From: a virus
Virus record (IMG/VR): IMGVR_UViG_3300036760_000150
Location: 64,001-128,000 of that record
DNA: 64,000 nt
Strand: one strand, 5' to 3'
The number at the start of each line of letters is the position of its first letter. Position 1 is the first letter of the stretch. Position numbers and translations under genes: made by a program. The notes below the pieces were generated by a model. That model was not told the origin of the DNA, searched no databases, and saw nothing but the letters and a program-made list of their open reading frames with translations. Shown here one piece after another: positions 1-9,816 of the stretch.

Positions 1-545
1 TCCATTACCGCATCGGTCATCTCGACGTCGTTGTTCGTGGAGATCAACGCCACCTTACGCATGAGGTCATCTTTGTTCTCGTTGGTTATCCTGACAGCGT
101 TACTTCGTATGAAGGGGACTATGAAGTTCTCAAACGACTTCTCAAGCTCGCGCATGATCTTCTGAGAAGACAGACGTGGATTCTTCTCCAAGTACTCAAA
201 ACCGTTTCGTATTAAGGAGTCCGCCAGGATCGTAGCTGTAGTGGTCCCATCCCCTGCCTCTACGTTAGTTTTCGAGCTACTGTCCCTGGCGGCCTCCAGC
301 ACTACCTGCGCAGTTGGATCTGCGAAGGCCATTGAATTGAACACCGTTATGCCATCTTTCGATAGGTAAGGTCCTAGGTTCTCCTGACGTTCGATGAGAA
401 CTACCTTGCCGTTGGGGCCTAGTGTACTTCCTACCATTGCACTGGCTTTAGCAAGCGTCTTTAAGACTATATCTTTCAACTTTTGATGGTTGTAGGTAAT
501 CGTCTTCGCTGCAGTTTTAGACTTAGCTACCTCTCGGTAGTACAT
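1..545 (-). CDS. groEL: Phage-encoded chaperonin GroEL (5' part; runs off the window's left edge)
   Basis: Manual minus-strand translation from ATG 545 (SD GGGAGG upstream) gives MYYREVAKSKTAAKTI...STLGPNGKVVLIER...SKDGITV...EAGDGTTTATILA, the chaperonin ATP-binding motifs. Absent from the ORF track. Confidence 0.93.
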   Translation of the reverse strand, partial: MYYREVAKSKTAAKTITYNHQKLKDIVLKTLAKASAMVGSTLGPNGKVVLIERQENLGPYLSKDGITVFNSMAFADPTAQVVLEAARDSSSKTNVEAGDGTTTATILADSLIRNGFEYLEKNPRLSSQKIMRELEKSFENFIVPFIRSNAVRITNENKDDLMRKVALISTNNDVEMTDAVM

Positions 546-654
546 CGAGCTTCCTCCCTGTGTAACTTCTTTACACCATATGCTCCTGTCAAGATAACAC
601 ACACAGCCTAAAGCTGACAAGGCCAGAACAACACAATAGAAATCTTATCTGGTG

Positions 655-683
655 TTGACAAAGTAGACAGGAGCAAATATCAT
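655..683 (+). promoter_or_regulatory. Sigma70-type promoter for the rightward operon
   Basis: TTGACA (655-660), 17 nt, TATCAT (678-683). Confidence 0.7.
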
Positions 684-781
684 CAACACTTACTACCTTA
701 ATTGCTCAAACAACCTAGATATCCAGGGAGAGATCTCTTTAACAATGATCTATTCTTTATATAAAGATAATAAGTAACACA

Positions 782-2146
782 ATGATCAATAAGATTCATC
801 TCAGTGTTACCTATGATATCTTCTTGTCGATTTGGAGAGAGAGACACCGTGAATTGTTTGGTTCTCAGTCTCGTGCTCCATACGGCGAGTCTTCTAGGCA
901 TGAGTACTCAGTGTTCTGTAAGATCTGCTGTCAAGTCATGTACGGCAAAAAAAACACTTCATGCTCATCTGGCAACTTGTGGAAGTTACCCTTTGTTGCT
1001 CTAGGTGAGCTTCAGAAGTCCACCTACTACCATGGCCACAACTCAAGTGCTTCCACAGTCTTCAACAGGCAGGAGTCGTCTTTGGATGTAGCCGACGAGA
1101 TGTTCTACTCCTTCATGTGTGTCACCCTGGAGTACATCAGGGATGGGTCGCCTGACTATGGACGAGGTCTAGGTTTACCCAAGTGGTTCAAGAAGTACGA
1201 CTTCATGTCGTTTATACGTAGTGTTTACGGCATAGTGTCTAACCCAGACCATGTAGCCTCGATCATGGATGTACCTAACTCTAAGAACAAAGCGTACACA
1301 GAGGAGGATGCATACAACATGGCTCGTTACCGCGACACAAAGTACTGCATCAGCTACTGTCGTGACAACTCGCCAGGCGTGTGGCTGCGTGGTTTCAAAG
1401 ACGAGGGTGCGTTCACAAGGTCTGTGTCTAGACTCTACGACGAGTGTGTGAGAACGTACGTGGAGCACACCAAGTACGGCATGATAGGTGAAGACGAGGC
1501 TAAGGTGCAACTTAAGGCGCATCGTCTTACGGAGAAGGTGTGTGAGAGGTGGGCTCGTGCGTTAGCGTACCTGTCCTGCATGTCGTCTAGACTTGGTAGA
1601 CCTGTCGACATGCACTCCTCACTTCAACGTGATGTGTTTGGTCGTCACTACAAGCTTCTACGTGAGGCATCCATGAACCTTGGTTGGCTTGTCTGTGTGG
1701 ATGACACCTACAGCCCAGGTTCTAGGTGTATGACGTTTCAACCTCGCGTGTGTTTCGACAAGACCGTCAAGGTTGATAGAACTCCTAGGTTGAACAAGGC
1801 CGAGGCACAGGTCGTGTCTGACTTAAGTCGTTACAGCCTCAAGGATGTTGGTAAGCAGCATGGTGACGAGGTTGTTCAATCTGTCAAAGATCGTGTGTCC
1901 TACCTTGAAGCATGTACGACCCTCAAGGATGTGGCTACTCGTGTGCAGTCAGCATACGGTAAGTACCTGTGGCGTTACGGTGACGACGGCACTGACATCG
2001 TCAACATGCAGTGGTACAAGTCTAATGAACTTCGTCAGTGGCAAATGACCAAAGATAAAGCTAAAGGTGTGTGTGATTGGTACCGTCTTAAGTACAGCAG
2101 ACCTCGACAGCAGTGGTGCGGTAGTGTAAGATTGAGAGTAGCATGA
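782..2146 (+). CDS. Hypothetical protein, possible replication initiator or DNA-binding protein
   Basis: 454-aa ORF, first in the operon after an AT-rich GATC-containing tract. Its YSPGSRCMTF segment resembles winged-helix wings of phage replication proteins (weak). Confidence 0.5.
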   Translation: MINKIHLSVTYDIFLSIWRERHRELFGSQSRAPYGESSRHEYSVFCKICCQVMYGKKNTSCSSGNLWKLPFVALGELQKSTYYHGHNSSASTVFNRQESSLDVADEMFYSFMCVTLEYIRDGSPDYGRGLGLPKWFKKYDFMSFIRSVYGIVSNPDHVASIMDVPNSKNKAYTEEDAYNMARYRDTKYCISYCRDNSPGVWLRGFKDEGAFTRSVSRLYDECVRTYVEHTKYGMIGEDEAKVQLKAHRLTEKVCERWARALAYLSCMSSRLGRPVDMHSSLQRDVFGRHYKLLREASMNLGWLVCVDDTYSPGSRCMTFQPRVCFDKTVKVDRTPRLNKAEAQVVSDLSRYSLKDVGKQHGDEVVQSVKDRVSYLEACTTLKDVATRVQSAYGKYLWRYGDDGTDIVNMQWYKSNELRQWQMTKDKAKGVCDWYRLKYSRPRQQWCGSVRLRVA

Positions 2147-2156
2147 AAGGTAACCA

Positions 2157-3596
2157 GTGAGATTTGTCCAAAGAGATCCTTTAAAACTTTACGTACACGA
2201 CTGCTCTGAGCAGGAGCGTGTAGACCTTGTTAAGTTCTTGTCTTACAAAGACAAGTCTGTCGAGTACCAGATAAAGAAGTTAAGGTCGAACGCACACTAC
2301 TACAACAGGATGGGTGAGTCTTGGTTCACTGAGCGTATCGAGACGTTGAAGTCTCAGGTCAACAAGTTCGTCATGTACCAAGACGAAGGTGGCATGTACA
2401 CCTTGGCTGGCTTGAAGACCAAGTTGGCAGGTCGTTTCATGAGTGCGACATTCGATGTTGATGTAAAAGTGCCAGAAGGATCATCTCTCCCCTGGTCTAA
2501 GGAGCCTGAGTTTCAACTGCGAGATTACCAGTTGGACGCTAAAGAGAAGTTGCTAAATGTTGTTCATGGTAACGTAGAATTGCCACAAGGATCAGGTAAA
2601 AGCAACATAATTTTGCACGTTGTCAGGGAGCTAGGCCTTAAGACGTTAGTCGTAGCCCCATCTACAAATATCGCAAAGCAGCTATATGAATTGTTTGTAT
2701 CTCACCTATCGAAGAAGTATGTTGGATTCTACGGTGGTGGTAAGAAAGAGACGAAGAAGTTGATAACGGTCTCCATAGCTCAGTCTGTCACTAAGATAAA
2801 TCCTGGATCTGAAGAATGGAAGAACTTGTCATCTTGTGATGTATTCGTGGCAGACGAGAATCATCTGTTTGCTGCCGATACTTTTGCCAAGATTGCAACC
2901 GGTATTGCAGCCGGTTCTGTATGGCGGATGTTTTTCTCAGCTACTCCTGAGAGGAACGATGGTAAAGATATACTTCTACAGGGCGTCATAGGTGATGCTG
3001 TGTGCAAGAAGACTCCAATAGAGTTGATGGAGAGTGGCCACCTTGCGAAGATCAGCACATTAGTCGTAGATGTTGAGTCTGAAGATACATACATGACAGA
3101 CAACGCATTGAAGATGAACCAGACGCATCTATACTCAAACAGGAAGATAGTGAAGTTCATATCTGACGTGTGCTACTCTTCGTTCATGGATGGCGTCCCA
3201 ACGTTAATCTTGGTCGACGAGCACTCACAAGAGGCTCTTCTTAAAGCTCACATGCGTAATACATACGAGTATGCCTCAGGTCAGTCTGACACATCTAAGA
3301 TCGTAAAAGATTTCAACGATGGTAAGATCCTTTGTGTAGTTGGTACCTCTGCGGTTAGCATGGGTACTGACTTCAAACCAGTCAGGTTGACGATCGCATG
3401 GCAAGGCAACAAGTCTGGTACCAAGGTTAAACAAGGGCCTATTGGCCGTAGCACTAGAATTGACGAGAAGAGTGGCAAGAAAGACTGTAAGATAATTGAT
3501 TTCAGGGTCACCAACGCTCCAATGCTTAAACGTCATGCTGATGTTAGGATCAAACACTACATGGAGGTTGGGCCGGTAAGGTACACAAAAATTTAA
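2157..3596 (+). CDS. Superfamily 2 DNA helicase (UvsW/XPB-like)
   Basis: Q motif LRDYQ, Walker A GSGKS, Walker B variant DENH, motif III SAT, motif VI QGPIGRSTR. Confidence 0.88.
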   Translation: MRFVQRDPLKLYVHDCSEQERVDLVKFLSYKDKSVEYQIKKLRSNAHYYNRMGESWFTERIETLKSQVNKFVMYQDEGGMYTLAGLKTKLAGRFMSATFDVDVKVPEGSSLPWSKEPEFQLRDYQLDAKEKLLNVVHGNVELPQGSGKSNIILHVVRELGLKTLVVAPSTNIAKQLYELFVSHLSKKYVGFYGGGKKETKKLITVSIAQSVTKINPGSEEWKNLSSCDVFVADENHLFAADTFAKIATGIAAGSVWRMFFSATPERNDGKDILLQGVIGDAVCKKTPIELMESGHLAKISTLVVDVESEDTYMTDNALKMNQTHLYSNRKIVKFISDVCYSSFMDGVPTLILVDEHSQEALLKAHMRNTYEYASGQSDTSKIVKDFNDGKILCVVGTSAVSMGTDFKPVRLTIAWQGNKSGTKVKQGPIGRSTRIDEKSGKKDCKIIDFRVTNAPMLKRHADVRIKHYMEVGPVRYTKI

Positions 3597-3597
3597 C

Positions 3598-4884
3598 ATG
3601 GACGAGAACAGTTTACTGTACACATACATAAAGGAGTTGAACGAAGAAGCCAAGTTGCTTGATCATGGCGTCATAGACTCGTTGTTTGCGAAGTTGATAT
3701 CTCTTGAGAAGTCATTTGAGGTTAAACTCCGCAAGACTGCGAAAGGTAGAAAGATCTATGCTGTGTTCATCAACATGATCTACAAGTCTAACCGAGGTAT
3801 GATCTCCCTAAGGCCTTACTTCCGTCAACGTGAGCACATGTTCTTGGGTACGATTAACAAAGCGGTGGAGAACAACAAGCCAGAGGAGCTGTATGGTTCC
3901 CCTGTCAACTACAGGTTCATGGCATTTGCGTTAGAATGTCTTAACAGCGCCAACGATGAGAAGAGAAATAGCACATCAGATGCTGGTGAAAATCATCAAA
4001 AAGAACTCGCAGACATACTTGAGAAAGTTAAGATAGTCAGAAATGAGATCGTCAACAGCAACCTGTTCCTCTCTCTAGGACGAGCTAAGATACACAGCCG
4101 ATCGTCTTACAGCTCCTCCATAGATACCTCTGACCTTGTTCAGATCGCCAACGAAGCTCTGATCACTGCTGTCGACAAGTACGTACCCGACTCAAGGTCT
4201 GTGTTCGCACATATGGCTATAGGTCGTATCATAGCTAACTTGATCGCAGAAGGGTCATCACCGTCCTCAGCAACTATAAACTCAAGTGGTAAGAAGAAGT
4301 TGTATAGGATACGGAAAGCACTTGAGAAAGCTCCATCTGCTAACAGAGCAGAGATCGCCAAGATCTTAGAGATCGCAGAGCAGGAAGTCAATGAGCTGTT
4401 AGAGTCAACACATTACTCTAGCCTTGACCAACCGTTGTATGAGGGTGATACTAGGACGTTGGGTGATACTGTAGAGGATGTGAAGACAGACCCGCATAAC
4501 GAAGTGGAACGTCGAGACATGTTCATGAAGCTGTTCAGGGCTTATGATTCATTGTCCGTGATCGAGATGAAAGTTTTAAGATTAAAAGGAGTTAACCCTA
4601 TGCGTACACTCAACAAGCATGTGGCTGTGACTGTTCCTACCTTGAAAAAAATAGAGGAAAGAACGGTGAAAGGGTTCCAGATGTCTGAGAATCTTACCAC
4701 TGCTCTGGTAGAGTCGCAGGTTATGTTTGACTCAGAGAAGTTCAAGGTTGGTGAAGTTGTCTACTTCAGGGCTGATATTAAGAATCACAGTTACATGAGT
4801 CAGAAGTACAACTTCGGTGGTAAGGAGTTCTTGCTCGTGCCAGAGGAAATGGTCGTGGCAGTTAAGAGTGCCGATGAAGCGTAA
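3598..4884 (+). CDS. Phage sigma70-family sigma factor (regions 2, 3, 4.1) fused in frame to a GroES domain
   Basis: Region 2 DLVQIANEALITAVDKY...FAHMAIGRI; region 3 EIAKILEI...SLDQPLYEGDTRTLGD; region 4.1 LSVIEMKVLRLKG; no region 4.2 HTH; last 94 aa are GroES-like. Confidence 0.8.
   Translation: MDENSLLYTYIKELNEEAKLLDHGVIDSLFAKLISLEKSFEVKLRKTAKGRKIYAVFINMIYKSNRGMISLRPYFRQREHMFLGTINKAVENNKPEELYGSPVNYRFMAFALECLNSANDEKRNSTSDAGENHQKELADILEKVKIVRNEIVNSNLFLSLGRAKIHSRSSYSSSIDTSDLVQIANEALITAVDKYVPDSRSVFAHMAIGRIIANLIAEGSSPSSATINSSGKKKLYRIRKALEKAPSANRAEIAKILEIAEQEVNELLESTHYSSLDQPLYEGDTRTLGDTVEDVKTDPHNEVERRDMFMKLFRAYDSLSVIEMKVLRLKGVNPMRTLNKHVAVTVPTLKKIEERTVKGFQMSENLTTALVESQVMFDSEKFKVGEVVYFRADIKNHSYMSQKYNFGGKEFLLVPEEMVVAVKSADEA
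4600..4884 (+). CDS. groES: Co-chaperonin GroES (nested in-frame start)
   Basis: SD AAAGGAG (4585-4591) then ATG 4600. MRTLNKHVAV...KVGEVVYF...YNFGGKEFLLVPEEMVVAV parallels GroES (RPLHDRVIV / KVGDIVIF / EEVLIMSESDILAIV). GroEL lies 4 kb away. Confidence 0.78.
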   Translation: MRTLNKHVAVTVPTLKKIEERTVKGFQMSENLTTALVESQVMFDSEKFKVGEVVYFRADIKNHSYMSQKYNFGGKEFLLVPEEMVVAVKSADEA

Positions 4885-5902
4885 GTACATTCTCGTAGGA
4901 GACTTGCATGCTCAAGTTGGTAACCTTGAGGATACCGAGGTGGTGTTTGATAAAGTAGCTATGCTTGTTCGTGAGCATGGTATCGAGTTTGTTGTTTACC
5001 TAGGAGACATGTACCACACACACTCTGTCTTAAGACAAGAAGTAGTTGAACTTCTCAGACGCAAGCTGCCTGAGACGCGAGGTACATGTCAAGGTAAGCC
5101 TGTGGTACTTGTTGGTAACCATGACTTGGTTGGCCCTACCAGCACGTCGATGAATGCTTGTGAGTTGACTCTGTCTGATGTGGCTGCTGTCGTATCTGAG
5201 CCAGTAGAGGCTGGACCTGTGTTGTACATGCCATTCACCCCTGATAACAGTAAGTTCGTAGAGGAATGTAAGAAGTACTACGGCACATCTCTTGTTGTAT
5301 GTCATCAGACATTTGATGGTTCGCAATACGAGAATGGTTTCTATGCTCCAGGTGGAGTAGATCAAACTTTGATACCACAGAAGGTTGTCATCTCGGGTCA
5401 TATACATAAATCGCAGAAAGTTGGTAAGGTTACATACGTGGGTACCCCACGAGCCCTCACTGCTGCAGAGTGTGATGAAGATAAAGGTCTTGTCATGATG
5501 ACCTACGATGATGTGACGTGTGGTGTTGAGCTTAAGATGTACTCGTTGAACGGATTGGTGAAGACTTACAAGAAAGTTGACGTACAAGAACCAGCTGAGT
5601 TTGATATGCCGCTTTTGAACGGTTGGGGAGCCAAAGACCACGTCATGCTGCATGTGCATGGATCTGAAGACTACTGTGAAACCTTCGTGAAAGATAAGTT
5701 ACCCGTACTAAAACAGCTTCGACCTAAGACGACTATAAAGGTGGCCTGTCATGTAGAGAAAGTTGTTGATGGTAAACCTATCATGGACGTATCCTCTGAG
5801 AGTGTTACGGATTCACTTCGTAAGTATGTAATGGAAGTTGCTGACATGAAGGCGACACTAAGAGAGAGGGTATGGGAGACGATATCAAGAGAACTGAAGT
5901 AG
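4874..5902 (+). CDS. SbcD/Mre11-like metallophosphoesterase nuclease
   Basis: GDLH, LGD, GNHD, CH and GHIH motifs; probable start ATG 4874 overlapping the previous stop. Confidence 0.88.
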   Translation: MKRKYILVGDLHAQVGNLEDTEVVFDKVAMLVREHGIEFVVYLGDMYHTHSVLRQEVVELLRRKLPETRGTCQGKPVVLVGNHDLVGPTSTSMNACELTLSDVAAVVSEPVEAGPVLYMPFTPDNSKFVEECKKYYGTSLVVCHQTFDGSQYENGFYAPGGVDQTLIPQKVVISGHIHKSQKVGKVTYVGTPRALTAAECDEDKGLVMMTYDDVTCGVELKMYSLNGLVKTYKKVDVQEPAEFDMPLLNGWGAKDHVMLHVHGSEDYCETFVKDKLPVLKQLRPKTTIKVACHVEKVVDGKPIMDVSSESVTDSLRKYVMEVADMKATLRERVWETISRELK

Positions 5903-6267
5903 AGAATAAAGATTGGATTCTCGCTCGGTTGTTGTTTGAGAAGTTCTCTATACTTCATGATTTTCATCAGATACAGATGAAGACGTATATAGTGGCATGT
6001 TGCAACATCTCTTTAGGTGGAGTTGCAAAACTATCTGTCGCTGACAAGACTATAACGTATGAGTTGGCAACAGAGAGGAAGTTCAAGAAGACTGACAATG
6101 AGCTTGTCGAGAAGAACAAGTTTATCGGACTATGGAGTGTCCCCCCTGTTCGTTACAAAGTAGAGAAGGCTCTTGCCTACGATAATCTGGTGAAATGGAC
6201 GCGACAACTTCTTTGGAACGACACGAATGTTATCTTGGTTGTAGATGGGAAGTCTTATGCTGGATGA
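5872..6267 (+). CDS. Hypothetical protein
   Basis: 131-aa ORF overlapping both neighbours. Confidence 0.6.
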   Translation: MGDDIKRTEVENKDWILARLLFEKFSILHDFHQIQMKTYIVACCNISLGGVAKLSVADKTITYELATERKFKKTDNELVEKNKFIGLWSVPPVRYKVEKALAYDNLVKWTRQLLWNDTNVILVVDGKSYAG

Positions 6268-6859
6268 TACAAAGAAACCTAACTTCACCGAGAGAGAGTG
6301 GACCCTGTTGAGCACAGTGGCTGACACTGGAGTGAAGCCCATATCTCCCTCTCTCTCTGCAGAGATGCTGAACTTGTACATGGAGAGCTACTCTTGCGAG
6401 CAGATCGCCCATATGAACAAGGGGTTTGCCGAGGTAGATGTCCTGTACTGTCGTTACAAGTACGATTGGGATGGTCAAAGAGATCGGTATGCTAAGCAAT
6501 TGCAAGAGCAGGTTGTCCAGAAACTTGCTAAGCTGAAGATGGAGTCTATGGAGTTCTTGAGCAACATGTTGTCCATCCTTCATAAAGACGAACGAGAGAA
6601 GATGATCGCCTATCTACAATCTGGAAGAGAAGAAGACAGGCCTAAGATCTGGGCGACTAACATCACAACATACAAGTCTGTCATTGAGACCATACAGAAG
6701 CTCACTGGAGAGGATAAAATTCAGAAGCATGAAGTTAAAGCTGAGCACAGGATGATCGCATCACCAGAGCTTAAGAAGGCTATAACCAAGGATATCCAGA
6801 CCAGCCTGCTGAGGCAGCTGGTGACCGGTCCTGGTAAGGTTAAAGGTAAAGGTGAATGA
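6245..6859 (+). CDS. Putative terminase small subunit
   Basis: Directly upstream of and overlapping terL; HTH-like N-terminal part ending KYDWDGQRD, then a coiled coil. Confidence 0.55.
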   Translation: MGSLMLDDTKKPNFTEREWTLLSTVADTGVKPISPSLSAEMLNLYMESYSCEQIAHMNKGFAEVDVLYCRYKYDWDGQRDRYAKQLQEQVVQKLAKLKMESMEFLSNMLSILHKDEREKMIAYLQSGREEDRPKIWATNITTYKSVIETIQKLTGEDKIQKHEVKAEHRMIASPELKKAITKDIQTSLLRQLVTGPGKVKGKGE

Positions 6860-8765
6860 ACAGAATTTCATAGATATAAATGCTCTATCGCCCGATCAGC
6901 GCGATGAGATACTAAGAGCACTTGTTACCAAGCGTCTTACCACTCGTGAAGACCTTAGCATGTGGCTTTTGTTCTTCTTAGGCGTTGACCTTGCTGACTG
7001 TACGGTGTCTAGGTTTGCCACTTCAAATCCTTTGGATATGGTGTGGTCGATTTATCAATTTTGGGCAGATAAAACAGTCGAACACCCACTCTCCACCTTC
7101 TACATCGCCGGTCGAGCTTCTCAGAAAACACTATCTTGCGCAGTGCTTCAGGTTTTGTTGCCATTGCATTTTGGTGTTGGGGTTGTTCATTTCGGTGGCA
7201 CTAAAGATCAAGCAGGTCGAGCCTACGAGTACTTCAAGAAGTTCGTCAGTCGACCATACATACGGGGCTACCTCAAAGATGAGCCCACTCAGACTAAGAC
7301 TTTGTTCAACATAGCTGGAATAGATGAGGAGGTTGAGCATGCAAACGCATCGTTCAACGTAGCCGACAGTGAAGTTAAGATCCAGATATTGCCAATATCC
7401 TCCATGTCAGTACAGGGGCCACATGAACCAGTCGTCTCTCTTGATGAACTGTCCAGCCTCACTCCTGACAAGATCAGGGCATATGAAGACGTATCTGGCG
7501 TTCCTATCTCTAACCCTGTAGATGGTCATCCATGGGTTAAATTTGGCATTAGCTCTCGTAAAGGTAAGTACACCGTCATCGAGACTGAGTACGACAGGCG
7601 TGATAAGTCGGGTGTTATTTTTAAGTTCTGGACTGTGTTGGAGAATACCAAGGCATGTCCTGAATCTATCAGGACTAACATACCCCTTGAGATGTACGTA
7701 AATGTCTATGAGAATGTAGCGATACTGCAAGATGCTTACGATCAACTGGAACCTCTCAAGAAGTCACAGTATGAGAAGATACAGGCCTACAAGGGGTGTT
7801 ACACATGTCCCTTGAAGGCACTTTGCGCTGGCGATGCTGCTAAGCAGACGTCAACATGTAAGACTTTGAGGCCCATCACATCGACGATTCAGGAGTTTAA
7901 AGAGGCACCATCTCTTGAGTGGTTCTTGAGTCAGAAGATGTCTCTGACACCAGCTTCAGAAGGTCTGGTGTTGCCCAAGTTCAATCGTGAGAACTTTGAG
8001 AAGACTCCTCGTGAGATCTACAATATCTGGACTGGTACTGATCCTGGTAGGGAGATCACAAAGGAAGAACTTGTCGTTGAGATGATCAAGGCTGGCGTCA
8101 AGAGACATATGGGGCTTGATCATGGTTACTCGCATCCTGCTTCGTTTGTCGTGGTATTTCAAGATCCAGCCGACAACATCTACGTCATGAAAGTTATCAA
8201 GAGGGTTGGTTTGGAGCCTAACGAGGTTGTTGAGCTTGTTGCGAAGTTGAAGAACATATACCATTTAACTCGATGTCACCCTGACACGGCAAGACCTGAT
8301 GTCAACAAGATGTTGAGGAAAGTTATAAAAGTAGGTGATGATTTTGACAAAGACGTTGATAGGGGTATAACGTTGATTCGTGGCAAGATCTCCCCAACCG
8401 TTGGAAGTACTAAGTTCTTCGGTATCAAAGGTGAAGTTGAAGATTTGAGTTTTGAGCTTGAGAGGTATCACTATGATACTGACTCGGCTGGTAAGATCAC
8501 TGAAGAGGTGGTAAAGGAGCTGGATGATGCTATCGACGCGCTCTCCTACGATGCTCAGAACCAGTGGGGCAATAGTGCTGTGAACATACCTCCTGCAGAT
8601 GAAGTCAAGGGCAAAGAAGAGACGCGAGAACAGTACGCTGAGCAAGTTAAGGCTCAGATGAACAACTGGCTGTCCAGTCAGATCAGAGAGCATGTGGTAG
8701 AGCAGAAAGGTAGCGCTGGCAGCACTGGTCAATCGAAGAATTCTGGTGTGGTATGGGATTTCTGA
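6852..8765 (+). CDS. terL: Terminase large subunit
   Basis: Walker A-like AGRASQKT, Walker B VSLDE, RNase H-like nuclease MGLDHGYSHP...DDAIDALSY; upstream of portal. Confidence 0.88.
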   Translation: MNEQNFIDINALSPDQRDEILRALVTKRLTTREDLSMWLLFFLGVDLADCTVSRFATSNPLDMVWSIYQFWADKTVEHPLSTFYIAGRASQKTLSCAVLQVLLPLHFGVGVVHFGGTKDQAGRAYEYFKKFVSRPYIRGYLKDEPTQTKTLFNIAGIDEEVEHANASFNVADSEVKIQILPISSMSVQGPHEPVVSLDELSSLTPDKIRAYEDVSGVPISNPVDGHPWVKFGISSRKGKYTVIETEYDRRDKSGVIFKFWTVLENTKACPESIRTNIPLEMYVNVYENVAILQDAYDQLEPLKKSQYEKIQAYKGCYTCPLKALCAGDAAKQTSTCKTLRPITSTIQEFKEAPSLEWFLSQKMSLTPASEGLVLPKFNRENFEKTPREIYNIWTGTDPGREITKEELVVEMIKAGVKRHMGLDHGYSHPASFVVVFQDPADNIYVMKVIKRVGLEPNEVVELVAKLKNIYHLTRCHPDTARPDVNKMLRKVIKVGDDFDKDVDRGITLIRGKISPTVGSTKFFGIKGEVEDLSFELERYHYDTDSAGKITEEVVKELDDAIDALSYDAQNQWGNSAVNIPPADEVKGKEETREQYAEQVKAQMNNWLSSQIREHVVEQKGSAGSTGQSKNSGVVWDF

Positions 8766-8769
8766 GCAA

Positions 8770-8801
8770 GATCAGGGATTTAGGTTAAAAGCTTAATTTT
8801 A
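8770..8801 (+). promoter_or_regulatory. Putative late promoter (TTA-N9-CTTAATYTTA)
   Basis: gatcagggatTTA-ggttaaaag-CTTAATTTTA; one of six exact copies upstream of virion genes. Confidence 0.72.
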
Positions 8802-8832
8802 TTAAGGACTTAGACATGAGGAGAAGTGTTAG

Positions 8833-9810
8833 ATGAGTACAAGTAACCTGAGGTTAGGCTGGACGGCGTACAATGATACAGCTCCCGGCAACAACCCATA
8901 CATCAAGATATTCGACCTCACATACAACCTATTGGGTGTTACATCTGCCAAACCTTTGGCTGAGAACCGTGTCATACCACCTGGCGCGACCGAGACCATA
9001 TTCGACGGCACGCGTATCACTTCCGTAGACGGTACCACTGCGTTTGATGTGACAAAACCTTACCTTGCGTTAAATACGTACAGGTTCATGCGAACTGCTG
9101 GCACACAACCTCAGTTCAGGACCAACAGAGCTATCGCTGTAGACAACACAACTGAGTTCACGGTCACAGTCAACGGTCCTATCGCAACTCTTACAAACTC
9201 AGCTGGTACTGCCCCAAACCTTGCCAGCGTCGTGGTTGGTGATGTACTACGCGTCGATCTATCTGCTGGGTTCTCGGCAAACAATCAAGGGACATTTGTA
9301 ATAATAGCCAAGACGTCTAACTCGTTGACTGTTAAGAATATATCGGCAGTTGGTGAGGTGGTTACATTGACCAACACAACAACCAACAGCTTCTTGGTGT
9401 ACAGCAACGGTGCTTTGGGTAACCAAGTGCAGGTCGGCGACAACGTCATCATATCGGCTGGTTTCAGTCAGGCTACATTCGGCACGTACACAGTGATCGA
9501 TGTCACCCCATTCTGGTTTGATGTAAATGTCGGTGCGCCGAACGGCCTTCCTCTTGAAGCAGGCATCATCACTGGATCGTCAGGTCTTGTGTTCTACAGC
9601 TCTGCCAAAAGATCTGTCATGGTGGCAGCTGAAGACCGCTGCTCTGTCAGGGTGAACGGCGATAACACAGACAACGCGTTGCTAGAGCCTAAGGAGATCG
9701 GTGATCCATCTAGGCCCGCTATATACTTCAAACATGGGACGGCCTACTCCCTTGTCATCCATAACTTGAGTTTGAGTCCACTCAACGTCGTAGTGGCTTC
9801 TGCAGAGTAA
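8833..9810 (+). CDS. Beta-rich virion structural protein
   Basis: T/S/G/V-rich; internal duplication VGD....SAGFS....GT(F/Y).(I/V)I; between terL and portal behind a late promoter. Confidence 0.6.
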   Translation: MSTSNLRLGWTAYNDTAPGNNPYIKIFDLTYNLLGVTSAKPLAENRVIPPGATETIFDGTRITSVDGTTAFDVTKPYLALNTYRFMRTAGTQPQFRTNRAIAVDNTTEFTVTVNGPIATLTNSAGTAPNLASVVVGDVLRVDLSAGFSANNQGTFVIIAKTSNSLTVKNISAVGEVVTLTNTTTNSFLVYSNGALGNQVQVGDNVIISAGFSQATFGTYTVIDVTPFWFDVNVGAPNGLPLEAGIITGSSGLVFYSSAKRSVMVAAEDRCSVRVNGDNTDNALLEPKEIGDPSRPAIYFKHGTAYSLVIHNLSLSPLNVVVASAE

Positions 9811-9816
9811 GGTGAT

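Noticed and set aside
560-592. Minus-strand TTGACA (592-587) as the groEL promoter
   Set aside because: No acceptable -10 hexamer at 16-18 nt spacing.
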